Made by a program: the position numbers and the translations under genes. Positions 18,426-27,021 of a stretch of 64,000 bases of DNA are shown here, piece by piece. This DNA is from Bacillota bacterium. Its GTDB lineage: Bacteria; Bacillota; Clostridia; Christensenellales; UBA1242. The DNA is taken from positions 139-64,138 of the forward strand of contig WRBO01000007.1 in NCBI GenBank assembly GCA_009784555.1. The letters are read 5' to 3'. A model generated the notes under the pieces. The model did no database searches and was not told the origin of the DNA. It saw nothing but the letters and a program-made list of their open reading frames with translations. How positions within the stretch are numbered: the first letter of the stretch is position 1; every line of letters starts with the position of its first letter.

Positions 18426-20390
18426 TCAGGCCACGGCGACCTGGTCCAAGTTGGACCGTATAGCGGTATAGCGGAGTGTTCCGCCCATCGGTGTGAACAA
18501 AGTTCCGTCACCGACGTAAAACTTTGAAAAGAACTCAATGAATTGCAAACGCGCGTTGTGAATGTATGCGGACAATATCGCCAATCCCATGTTGAACGCG
18601 TGGAACGCAACGGCAACGACAACACCGATAACGGCACCTATTGCATCACCGAAACCTGTAATGGCTTCTGGCATGAACATGCCACCCATCGTGTTCGCAA
18701 CGAACGCAATAACGGCACCAACCAACGCCAAACCGAACAAACGTGCATAAGACAGGATATCGGAAACATAATTAACAAATCCATAAATACCGCCAAACCC
18801 GCCAACAACCTTGCCCAAACCTTTTCTCTTGCGACCCGCTGTCAATGCAACGGCGGCAACACCTGTAATGGTCACAATCATGCCTGCGGTCTGCAATGCT
18901 GGAATTCCGTCATCACCGCCCAGGAACATTCCGCCAGCCAACATAATCGCACCGATGAAAAACACAATTCGGGTTCCCGCATCGCAAATGGCATCCATCG
19001 TGCGGCCCAAACGCATCAGGTTATAAAAATTCAAAACAATACCGAACAGAAGGTGAACGACCCCCAACGCCATAGCCAGTACCAACAACTGCATCGGTTC
19101 GCCAATCGGGTCAACAATGGTGTCGGACATGATTTGGAAACCAAAGAAACCATTCATAATCACACCCCAAAGGACAGCAGATATACCACCCATCAGGATA
19201 ACAAGGATAAGCTGACGCGCACCGCCCCCTGGCTTTTTCAGCGTCAAGAAAAGGGTAGTAGCAACAATCATAACCAAACCGTAACCAATGTCACCAATCA
19301 TCATACCGAAAAAGAAGAAATAGAAAATTGCAACAAATGGGTTCGGGTCAATATCGTGCTTGCCTGGCGCACCAAACATGCTTGTAACTGCTTGGTACGG
19401 CGCAACCACGCGGTTGTTCTGTATTTGTACTGGGGGCTTGTCCAATTCAACGGTACGGCCCCACTTAATTTTTGTCTTCGGATTAATCGCCAGGATTATT
19501 GCCTGGACCTTTTTTTTTTCACCGTCCAGAACCCAGCCGTTTAACACATAGTAATCCTTGGTTTTGATTGTGCCGGCCAGTATCCTCTCGGTGTCTATCT
19601 CGTTATCTAAATAATCGTGAAAAGATTTCAACAGGACGATTTCCTCAACCGTCAATGTTGCATCAACCTGCAACTTCTCCATCTCTTTTACCAACTCGGC
19701 GTTCTGTCCGGTCAAAAACTCAATCTGTCCCGCCGCTGTACGCTCGAAATTGAAACTGTATCGTGTAAATCCATAATTATGAATTGCGTCAATAACTGGG
19801 GTATCGTCCTTGTGACCGATTATAACAATACCAACTGCATCGCTGTCGGTTGGGAATTGGTTAATGACGAAATTCTCTAAATCGAAATCCTCGGTAAACT
19901 TTTCCAACTGTAATGTTGGAATAACACCCATCATGACGAAACTGCTCTTTGTATCGACCAATTCGCTGAACGGTGCATCCAAATTAATGAATGGACGCAA
20001 CTCGCGCATTGTCTCGGTGTTCTTCTTTGTTGTTGCCTTGATTTCGTGCGAACGGGTGGACAACTTCTCTAACCTCTCAACCAACGCAATAACTTCGTCA
20101 CGTCGGGATGCCAACGCTTGCAACTCCTCCATAGAAAGGTTCTCGCGGCGGCCATAAACGGCACGCAGGCTCTTGTCGGTTGTAACCGAACGTGCAAAAT
20201 CCAATACGGCGGAAACACGGGCCATCAGGGTAGCATGACCTTCAACCGCGCTGGCCTCCATGTCCTCAACTTTTCCCTTCTTAAAAGAACTTAATTCAAA
20301 GGCCTGGGTTTTTTTAAGCTCCTCGATTATCGTTCGCAATTCTTGCAAACTTCCGCGAACGCTCACCTTTCTGTTTGGTTTTAATGCCAT
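18426..20390 (-). CDS. ntpI: V-type ATPase subunit I (a-like stator/ion channel)
   Basis: 654 aa with a soluble N-terminal half and a polytopic C-terminal half containing the conserved LSYARLFGL arginine motif. Confidence 0.93.
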   Translation of the reverse strand: MALKPNRKVSVRGSLQELRTIIEELKKTQAFELSSFKKGKVEDMEASAVEGHATLMARVSAVLDFARSVTTDKSLRAVYGRRENLSMEELQALASRRDEVIALVERLEKLSTRSHEIKATTKKNTETMRELRPFINLDAPFSELVDTKSSFVMMGVIPTLQLEKFTEDFDLENFVINQFPTDSDAVGIVIIGHKDDTPVIDAIHNYGFTRYSFNFERTAAGQIEFLTGQNAELVKEMEKLQVDATLTVEEIVLLKSFHDYLDNEIDTERILAGTIKTKDYYVLNGWVLDGEKKKVQAIILAINPKTKIKWGRTVELDKPPVQIQNNRVVAPYQAVTSMFGAPGKHDIDPNPFVAIFYFFFFGMMIGDIGYGLVMIVATTLFLTLKKPGGGARQLILVILMGGISAVLWGVIMNGFFGFQIMSDTIVDPIGEPMQLLVLAMALGVVHLLFGIVLNFYNLMRLGRTMDAICDAGTRIVFFIGAIMLAGGMFLGGDDGIPALQTAGMIVTITGVAAVALTAGRKRKGLGKVVGGFGGIYGFVNYVSDILSYARLFGLALVGAVIAFVANTMGGMFMPEAITGFGDAIGAVIGVVVAVAFHAFNMGLAILSAYIHNARLQFIEFFSKFYVGDGTLFTPMGGTLRYTAIRSNLDQVAVA

Positions 20391-20434
20391 ACCCTTACCT
20401 CTCCCTTGTGGTCTTTTTCTAAACTATCCCAAAA

Positions 20435-20725
20435 TTACTTCACCCATTTTGACTTGAACTCTTTAATGACAAAATCTGTGGCCTTTGCCACTTTTGCCTT
20501 GTCCACGTCTTTTGATTCTACGCTTGCCTTTGGTGCCGATTTTACACCGACCTCCTCGGTAACACGCTGTTCGATTTCTTTGGTCGCTGTCGCACGAATA
20601 GATGCGATTTTGGTCGCCGCGTCCGCGTCAATAGTTGTTACGTCTTCACCTGCCTGCAATACAAGACCCTCTGCCTTGGCTTCTGCCTCTTTGATTGCCT
20701 TGATTGTTTCGATAATTCCGCTCAT
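20435..20725 (-). CDS. ntpF: Small V-ATPase peripheral-stalk subunit (G/H-like; E. hirae NtpF position)
   Basis: MSGIIETIKAIKEAEAKAEGLV... charged helix; first gene of the operon. GGAGG SD before the ATG at 20725 (the track starts at 20761). Confidence 0.6.
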   Translation of the reverse strand: MSGIIETIKAIKEAEAKAEGLVLQAGEDVTTIDADAATKIASIRATATKEIEQRVTEEVGVKSAPKASVESKDVDKAKVAKATDFVIKEFKSKWVK

Positions 20726-20759
20726 AATCCTCCAATACGCCCGTAACTTAAAACGGTAC

Positions 20760-20788
20760 AATATACACTAAATTCGACCACCTTGCAA
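20760..20788 (-). promoter_or_regulatory. Promoter of the V-ATPase operon
   Basis: On the minus strand: TTGCAA (20783..20788), 17-nt spacer, TATATT (20760..20765). Confidence 0.55.
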
Positions 20789-20800
20789 GTACTTTTTTTT

Positions 20801-20863
20801 CCATTAGTCCGTGAGCTATGCTCACATTTATGACACGTGGTCCGAGGCAGGCAAATCATGGTT
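20801..20863 (+). repeat. Hairpin repeat (module B), copy 1
   Basis: CCATTAGTCCGTGAGCTATGCTCACAT core (GTGAGC-TAT-GCTCAC hairpin), identical to 33421..33447 and about 85% identical to the reverse complement of 49947..49973. Confidence 0.8.
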
Positions 20864-20903
20864 GTAAATATTCGTATACACGATGACCTCCATTTCATAG
20901 ACA

Positions 20904-23462
20904 TTGTTTATGAAGGTATATAAAGGTCTGTGCGAGGATGAAGTTGTTACCAGCCGCAATTTGCACGGCCCCAATACCTTTGAACGCAAAAAACGCAAGT
21001 CGTTGATACGGCATTTTCTCTCTAACTTCGCCGACCCAATGCTGCGTATATTGTTAATCGCCCTGGGTATCCAGGTCGTCTTTGTCTTCAACAGCGGCCA
21101 ATGGATTGAAACATTCGGTATATCCATAGCAATACTGGTGGCGGTAACCGTCAGTACAATAAGCGAATACGGCAGTGAACAGGCCTTTGAAAAACTGGCG
21201 GCCCAGGCCTCTGCAATCGCCTGCCGCGTGCGGCGCGATTCCGTAACAATGGAACTGCCCACATCCGAATTGGTGGTTGGGGATATCGTACTATTGGGCA
21301 GTGGCGAAAAGGTTCCCGCCGACGGCCATATCATCGACGGCGCGCTAGAGGTCGACCAATCCCTATTAAACGGCGAGAGCAAAGAGGCCAAAAAGATAGC
21401 CGGCCGTGGCTCGGATAAACTGGACTATCTGGACTTGTCCTCTGTGTTCTCGGGCACCGTCGTAACGGGCGGCAATGCGGTAATGGCCGTCACCGCCGTC
21501 GGGCCGAAAACCGAATACGGCAAAATCGCGTCCGAGCTACAAGAATCCAACCCAACCAGTCCCCTCAAGGTCAAACTCGAGGGCCTGGCCCGCATGATTT
21601 CCGTCATCGGGTATATCGGCGCGGGCCTGGTGTTTGTTGCGTATTTTTTCAACCTCCTCCTTGTGCAAAACGGTTTTGACCTCGACTTGGCGGCCACCCA
21701 ACTGCGCGACTTTCCATTTATGTTTGAACACCTCCTGCGTTCGGCCACCCTAGTCGTGTCGGTTATCGTTATGGCGGTGCCCGAGGGCCTGCCCATGATG
21801 ATTACCGTCGTCCTGTCATCCAACATGAAACACATGTTGCGGGACAATGTCTTGGTGCGCAAATTGAATGGAATTGAAACGGCCGGCAGCATGAACATCC
21901 TCTTCACCGATAAAACGGGAACCTTGACCAATGGGCGATTAGAGGTCGTGGGTGTCGTAAACGGCGAGGGCATATTTACCGACATAACAAATTTCGACAA
22001 ACGCGGCAACCTTGCAAAACAACTGGGAACCGTGTTGCGATATAACACATCGGCCGAGGTCACGGGGGGACGGGCCCTGGGGGGGAACAGCACCGACCGC
22101 ATCCTGGCAACATTCGCCCAAACATTGAACTTTCCAAAGACCCTGAAAACCATCTCCCAGGTTCCGTTCAACAGCCGCGATAAATTCATGTCCACCAAAT
22201 TATCCGACGGTCGAACCCTGGTAAAGGGCGCGTGGGAGGTCATTTCCAAACGCGTAAATCCGTCTTCCTTTAATAAGGAAAGGCTTAACACCCAAATCCG
22301 CACCCTGTCCGAACGGGCATATCGCATAATCGCGGTGTCCATCGACGATGAATTCGTGGCTTTGGTTGCAATACGCGACATGGTTCGTCCCGAATCAATC
22401 ACCGCCGTGGCGCGTTTGAAATCGGCGGGAATCCAAACGGTGATGATAACGGGGGATGCGCGCGAAACGGCAACGGCCATAGCCAAGGAGGTCGGTATTC
22501 TCTCCACCGGGGCGGTGTTAACCAGTGACGAATTGGCCCGCCTGTCGGACGATGCCGTGCGGCAACTCCTACCTAATCTCTCGGTCGTGGCACGGGCCCT
22601 GCCCTCTGACAAGAGCCGCCTTGTCCGTATCGCCCAATCCCTTAACCTGGTGGTTGGGATGACGGGGGACGGTGTTAACGATGCCCCCGCCCTGAAAAAG
22701 GCCGACATAGGGTTCGCAATGGGCAGTGGGACCGAGGTCGCCAAGGAAGCGGGCGACATAGTAATCCTGGACGATAATATCGATTCAATATCGCGCGGGG
22801 TGTCGTATGGCCGAACGATATTCAAATCCATTCGCAAGTTTTTGATATTCAAACTGACAATTAACCTTTGTGCGATTGCTGTGTCGATTGTCGCCCCCCT
22901 GATAAATGTTGATACGCCAATTACGGTTATCCAAATGTTGTGGATAAACCTCGTAATGGATACATTGGCGGGGTTGGCGTTTGGTGGTGAACGTCCGCGG
23001 GAATCGTACATGCACGAACCGCCAAAGCGCAGGGACGAGAGCATCATTAACCGTTACATGTGGACACAAATTCTATTGACCAGTATCTTTACCGCCGCGA
23101 TGTCCATTTGGTTCCTGACGTCTGGGTTCATGCGCGACCTTTACGAATTGCGCGGGCCGATATACGCACGTTCTGCTTTCTTTGCGTTCTTTATGCTGAT
23201 GAACATCTTTAACGCGTTCAACGCGCGCACGCACGAATTGAATATATTCTCCCACATTCGCCGTAACCGCCCGTTCATTTGGATTATGGGCACCGTATCG
23301 ATTATCCAATTGGCAATGGTATACATGGGGGGCAGCATCTTTCGCACCATGCCGCTCGACTTCGCGCACTTGTTAATTGTTATCTTGCTCTCCCTCGCGG
23401 TGTGGCCATACGATATTCTGCGAAAACTCTTTGTTGGCACGAAAACCACCATATCCACGTAA
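20904..23462 (+). CDS. P-type (P2) cation-transporting ATPase, Ca2+-ATPase-like
   Basis: DKTGTLT phosphorylation site, PEGLP, TGD and GDGVNDAPALKKADIG motifs, and about 10 TM helices. The ATG at 20910 is an alternative to the TTG at 20904. Confidence 0.93.
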   Translation: MFMKVYKGLCEDEVVTSRNLHGPNTFERKKRKSLIRHFLSNFADPMLRILLIALGIQVVFVFNSGQWIETFGISIAILVAVTVSTISEYGSEQAFEKLAAQASAIACRVRRDSVTMELPTSELVVGDIVLLGSGEKVPADGHIIDGALEVDQSLLNGESKEAKKIAGRGSDKLDYLDLSSVFSGTVVTGGNAVMAVTAVGPKTEYGKIASELQESNPTSPLKVKLEGLARMISVIGYIGAGLVFVAYFFNLLLVQNGFDLDLAATQLRDFPFMFEHLLRSATLVVSVIVMAVPEGLPMMITVVLSSNMKHMLRDNVLVRKLNGIETAGSMNILFTDKTGTLTNGRLEVVGVVNGEGIFTDITNFDKRGNLAKQLGTVLRYNTSAEVTGGRALGGNSTDRILATFAQTLNFPKTLKTISQVPFNSRDKFMSTKLSDGRTLVKGAWEVISKRVNPSSFNKERLNTQIRTLSERAYRIIAVSIDDEFVALVAIRDMVRPESITAVARLKSAGIQTVMITGDARETATAIAKEVGILSTGAVLTSDELARLSDDAVRQLLPNLSVVARALPSDKSRLVRIAQSLNLVVGMTGDGVNDAPALKKADIGFAMGSGTEVAKEAGDIVILDDNIDSISRGVSYGRTIFKSIRKFLIFKLTINLCAIAVSIVAPLINVDTPITVIQMLWINLVMDTLAGLAFGGERPRESYMHEPPKRRDESIINRYMWTQILLTSIFTAAMSIWFLTSGFMRDLYELRGPIYARSAFFAFFMLMNIFNAFNARTHELNIFSHIRRNRPFIWIMGTVSIIQLAMVYMGGSIFRTMPLDFAHLLIVILLSLAVWPYDILRKLFVGTKTTIST

Positions 23463-23464
23463 AA

Positions 23465-23794
23465 TCCCTTGGGGGGGGGTTATTACTTTTGAAATTTCTG
23501 TTGGGGGGGGTTTTTCCAAGGAGCCGCGAGGTGTAATATTCAGTTGTCAAATTCAAATCACTGGGGGGTTTTCATCTTTTGAAATTTTTACTGGGGGGTT
23601 TTCGGTATTCCGAACACGGATGTTGGCGAGGCGCGCCAGGTAAGTCTTTCTGCACGTCGAGGACTCCCTCATATCTGGCGGATATAACACATCTGATTTA
23701 TCCGCAGACGAAAGAAAGAGCTTACCTAGGCAGCCGACGCCTTTGCAGTTTATGGTAACACGAGTTTTTTGTATGTAAAGGGGGTTACTGACAA
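23465..23794 (-). repeat. Dispersed intergenic element, copy 2 (inverted relative to 1688..1935), with an extra degenerate twin-tract unit and a nested hairpin body
   Basis: G9 at 23471..23479, G8 at 23503..23510, G6 at 23563..23568 and G6 at 23593..23598. Both spacers contain CTTTTGAAATTT. AAAGGGGGTTACTGACAA at 23777..23794 is the reverse complement of the 1688 terminus. An inverted repeat AGGTAAGTCTTTC / GAAAGA..GCTTACCT encloses a GCGGATA..TATCCGC hairpin. Confidence 0.75.
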
Positions 23795-23796
23795 TT

Positions 23797-24000
23797 TTAA
23801 TCAGCAAATCCCAATAAGTAATTTGCATCACATTCCAATGCAATCGCAATTTGTCTAATCATCTCTACGGGCGGTTCATGTCGGCCAGTTTCCCATTGTG
23901 AAAGGGTGTTTGCAGGAACATTTAATATTCCCGCGAACTGCTTTTGGGTCAGACCCTTGTCTTGCCTGGCGGCGCGTATTCGTTCACCAATTTTGAACAT
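23797..24000 (-). CDS. XRE/Cro-family HTH transcriptional regulator
   Basis: 67 aa; IRAARQDKGLTQKQFAGILNVPANTLSQWETG is a canonical HTH_3 motif. Confidence 0.9.
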   Translation of the reverse strand: MFKIGERIRAARQDKGLTQKQFAGILNVPANTLSQWETGRHEPPVEMIRQIAIALECDANYLLGFAD

Positions 24001-24033
24001 GATTTATATTTATCTCAAAATGAGAATTTCTGC

Positions 24034-24062
24034 TTGACTATTCTGGAAATCAGAATTATTTT
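24034..24062 (+). promoter_or_regulatory. Promoter with an operator palindrome in the spacer, driving the divergent small ORF (leaderless)
   Basis: TTGACT at 24034..24039. The 17-nt spacer is the palindrome ATTCTGGAAATCAGAAT. TATTTT at 24057..24062; the ATG lies 6 nt downstream with no SD. A related half-site AGAATTTCTG lies at 24023..24032. Confidence 0.55.
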
Positions 24063-24068
24063 TGTTGT

Positions 24069-24317
24069 ATGGACGAAATAAAACAATTCATAGAAGACAT
24101 GCATGAATTCGGGATGTACGCAAAAAAGGTCGATAAATTTGTAAAGTCACTTGACCTGGAAAAAGGTGCAGTCGAAATCGACATCGCGGCAATAGACCGC
24201 GCCGCCGAATACCTGTTTGGTTATATCGATTGCATGACGAAATATTCTATTGTTGTTCAACATGCGCCGCGGAAAATTCAACCTTGCGGGTGGTCATGTT
24301 CACACCCGCAACGATGA
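24069..24317 (+). CDS. Hypothetical small protein divergent from the XRE gene
   Basis: 82-aa ORF; the first ~60 aa look helical and acidic. The last 71 nt overlap the rnr 3' end on the opposite strand, so the true C-terminus is uncertain. Confidence 0.4.
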   Translation: MDEIKQFIEDMHEFGMYAKKVDKFVKSLDLEKGAVEIDIAAIDRAAEYLFGYIDCMTKYSIVVQHAPRKIQPCGWSCSHPQR

Positions 24318-26136
24318 CATTAATTTTATCACCCATTTTCCAAGTCCGTTTGCGCCCAACCATGGTCATTTGCTTTTCATTATACGAATAATTATCCTTT
24401 GGCATACTCTCGATACGAATTAACCCCTCGACCGTGTTCGGTAAATACACAAACACCCCAAAATCCTTTATCCCCGAAATCGTTCCCACAAATTCCTCGC
24501 CAATTTTGTCTCGCATGAATTCGGCACGTTTCAGGTTGTCTACCTCGCGCTCGGCCTCGGTCGCCGCAATCTCGCGCTTTGTACAATGGACGCTGGCTTC
24601 CTTGACAAAGCCGCGCAATTCATCCTGACGGTGCGTTGTAATTTTACGGGCCAAGAACATTTTGATAATTCGGTGAATTGCCAAATCGGGATATCGGCGA
24701 ATTGGCGACGTAAAGTGCGAATAAAACGCCGCCCCCAATCCAAAATGCCCGACGTTTTTTTCCGAATACTTGGCCTTTTGCATACTGCGCAATGCCAATT
24801 GACTGACAATAGGGCGCAATTCATCGGTCAACCCGTCCAACATATGTTGATACGATTGCCCGCGCGGATTCAATGGCTCTATCTTGTGGGTTACGGCAAA
24901 GGGCTTCAACGTTTCAACAAACATCGTTACCTTGGTCGGGTCGGGCTTTTCGTGAATACGGTAAATGAATGGTATGTCGATTTCGTTCATTTTACGCGCA
25001 ACCGTTTCGTTCGCCAAAATCATGAACGTTTCAATAATACGATGGGACATGTTATGCGGATACGCAACAACGTCGCGGATTTTCCCGGTATCGGGACAAA
25101 GGACGATTTTCGGCTCGGGCACGTCAAAAACGACCTCGCCCCGCGAACGCCGAATTTTTTCGACCGTTTTGGCCAATGTTGCCATTTCATTCAACAATCC
25201 CGCGTGTTTGTGTTTGCTCTGGGGGTTGTCCAAGATTTCTTGGACCTCGTCATATGAAAATCGTGTCTTGATGTTGATAACCGATTTTTGAACATTGTGG
25301 CCGATGATGTCGCCGTTTGGGTCAATCGTCATAAACACGGACAGGGTCAATCGGTCAACATTCGGATGTAATGAACACACATCATTAGACAACTCGGGCG
25401 GTAACATAGGCAAAACACGGTCGGGAAAGTATACGGATGTTCCGCGTTTATATGCCTCGGCATCCAACAGCGACCCCGGGCGCACATAATGCGTCACATC
25501 CGCGATATGAACACCCAATTCCCACATGCCATCGTCACGGCGTTCCAATGAAACCGCATCGTCCAAATCGCGTGCATCGGCGGGGTCAATTGTTATAACG
25601 GTGTCTTTGCGTAAATCCATCCGTCGTTCAATTGCCTCTTTCATGTCACGTTTGATAACTTCCCGTGCTTCGCGTTCGACATCGGCGGGGAATTCTTGAT
25701 ACAAATTGTGCGCCCGTATGATAGATGTTATGTCAACACCGACCTCGGATTCGTCGCCCAGGAACTCTATGACCTTTACCGTGTTTCCGCCGTCCGTCAT
25801 TCGTGTAACGACCTTTTGCCCCACGCGGTCGGATGGCACGCCGCCAACAACGCAAAAGTTTGTACCCAGTCGTTCATCATCGGGGATTATGAACGCCCCC
25901 GTTTTCGATTTCATCAATGTGCCGACGATGTTGTTAATGCGCCGCTCTATGACTTTTGTAATAATGCCCTCGGTGCGGCCGCGTTTGTTTTTCTCGCGCA
26001 CCTCCACCATGTCGTTGTGGATGGCTCCGTTCAAATCCTCGCGCGCGACAAAGATATCGTCATCACGGCCCTCAATTATGACAAAGCCAAAGCCTTGGGC
26101 CTTCATATGTATGGTACCGATATGCAATTTTTCCAT
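24247..26136 (-). CDS. rnr: Ribonuclease R
   Basis: N-terminal cold-shock-like GFGFV, an RNB catalytic domain (DPADARDLDDAVS), and a C-terminal S1 domain (GTISGIKDFGVFVYL). The start at MEKLHIG (26136) is preferred over 26172. Confidence 0.93.
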   Translation of the reverse strand: MEKLHIGTIHMKAQGFGFVIIEGRDDDIFVAREDLNGAIHNDMVEVREKNKRGRTEGIITKVIERRINNIVGTLMKSKTGAFIIPDDERLGTNFCVVGGVPSDRVGQKVVTRMTDGGNTVKVIEFLGDESEVGVDITSIIRAHNLYQEFPADVEREAREVIKRDMKEAIERRMDLRKDTVITIDPADARDLDDAVSLERRDDGMWELGVHIADVTHYVRPGSLLDAEAYKRGTSVYFPDRVLPMLPPELSNDVCSLHPNVDRLTLSVFMTIDPNGDIIGHNVQKSVINIKTRFSYDEVQEILDNPQSKHKHAGLLNEMATLAKTVEKIRRSRGEVVFDVPEPKIVLCPDTGKIRDVVAYPHNMSHRIIETFMILANETVARKMNEIDIPFIYRIHEKPDPTKVTMFVETLKPFAVTHKIEPLNPRGQSYQHMLDGLTDELRPIVSQLALRSMQKAKYSEKNVGHFGLGAAFYSHFTSPIRRYPDLAIHRIIKMFLARKITTHRQDELRGFVKEASVHCTKREIAATEAEREVDNLKRAEFMRDKIGEEFVGTISGIKDFGVFVYLPNTVEGLIRIESMPKDNYSYNEKQMTMVGRKRTWKMGDKINVIVAGVNMTTRKVEFSAAHVEQQ

Positions 26137-26180
26137 GACGTGAGTATAACCCGTGCGACGTACAGAGCACAAGGGAATAG

Positions 26181-26198
26181 TTGAACATTAATGTTCAA
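26181..26198. promoter_or_regulatory. Perfect 18-bp palindrome in the rnr/CBS divergent region (candidate operator)
   Basis: TTGAACATTAATGTTCAA equals its own reverse complement. Confidence 0.5.
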
Positions 26199-26278
26199 GG
26201 TTCTCGAACAAAGTGAGAGGTTCTTATAACACACATAAAACATTGTCGTGCAATCGAAGTTGGTGTATAATATGGAGT

Positions 26279-27001
26279 ATGACAGCAAACGGAAATGCCG
26301 CGCGGTTCATCGCCGCATATAACACAATAGACAGTGTGTTACGCACAATGTATAATTTCCGCACGAACATTACCTTTACCGATTTGATAAGACGTTGCAG
26401 CAGCCTGAACACCGTTATCCGCGTTTACGAAGACGACTTGGTTGAATTGGCACGATTACGCAATGCAATCATCCACAATAAATCGGAAACAATCATCGCC
26501 GAGCCAAACACCGACGTTACCGAAACATTGGAAAAAATTGCGCGGTTGATATCCACACCGCCGCTGGCTATTGAAATTATTCGCTCGGGGGCCGTGGACA
26601 TTGCGGATGGGTCGCTGATGTTAAAAGACTTGATTGTAGAATTATCGCGTATCAGGCACAGCAGTATTCCAATTTACAAAGGCAGTAACTTGTTAGGCGT
26701 TATTCGTTGGAGAAAGTTTGTAGAAGTCCTGGGTGGTCATGTGATTAGCCAGGGGGGGAGCATCGATGACTTTATCGGGAAAACAACGGTAGAGGAATTC
26801 TTGCGCTCCTTCCCATGTAATAACCATTATGTCGTTGCGGGCGAGGGAATTACGATAGAGCAGGTATTGGGCCTGTTTAACCAAAACCGCAAATTGGCAT
26901 GTATCATCATTACAAAGGACGGGACACCGTCGTTGCGCCCGACCGGAATTGTTACGGGCGGTGACGTAATGGATTTGATGAAAGTACTGGAAAACTATTA
27001 A
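26279..27001 (+). CDS. CBS-pair domain protein with an N-terminal helical domain of unknown function
   Basis: The C-terminal half has two CBS-like repeats (SIPIYKGSNLLGVI; ACIIITKDGTPSLRPTGIVTGGDVM). TTGTCG-17 nt-TATAAT (26243..26271) lies 7 nt upstream of the ATG at 26279. Confidence 0.7.
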   Translation: MTANGNAARFIAAYNTIDSVLRTMYNFRTNITFTDLIRRCSSLNTVIRVYEDDLVELARLRNAIIHNKSETIIAEPNTDVTETLEKIARLISTPPLAIEIIRSGAVDIADGSLMLKDLIVELSRIRHSSIPIYKGSNLLGVIRWRKFVEVLGGHVISQGGSIDDFIGKTTVEEFLRSFPCNNHYVVAGEGITIEQVLGLFNQNRKLACIIITKDGTPSLRPTGIVTGGDVMDLMKVLENY

Positions 27002-27021
27002 TACATCATAGGAGAAATAAC

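Noticed and set aside
18543-19544. 333-aa plus-strand ORF inside ntpI
   Set aside because: It is antisense to the conserved V-ATPase I subunit, and the translation is Asn/His/Thr-rich nonsense.
21425-23047. 540-aa minus-strand ORF
   Set aside because: It lies entirely antisense to the P-type ATPase, whose DKTGT, TGD and GDGVND motifs identify the real frame.
23471-23598. Possible CRISPR-like array (G-tract units spaced ~30 nt apart)
   Set aside because: There are only two to four short, degenerate units. The apparent spacers are themselves conserved (CTTTTGAAATTT). No cas genes are present, and the same module occurs singly at other loci.
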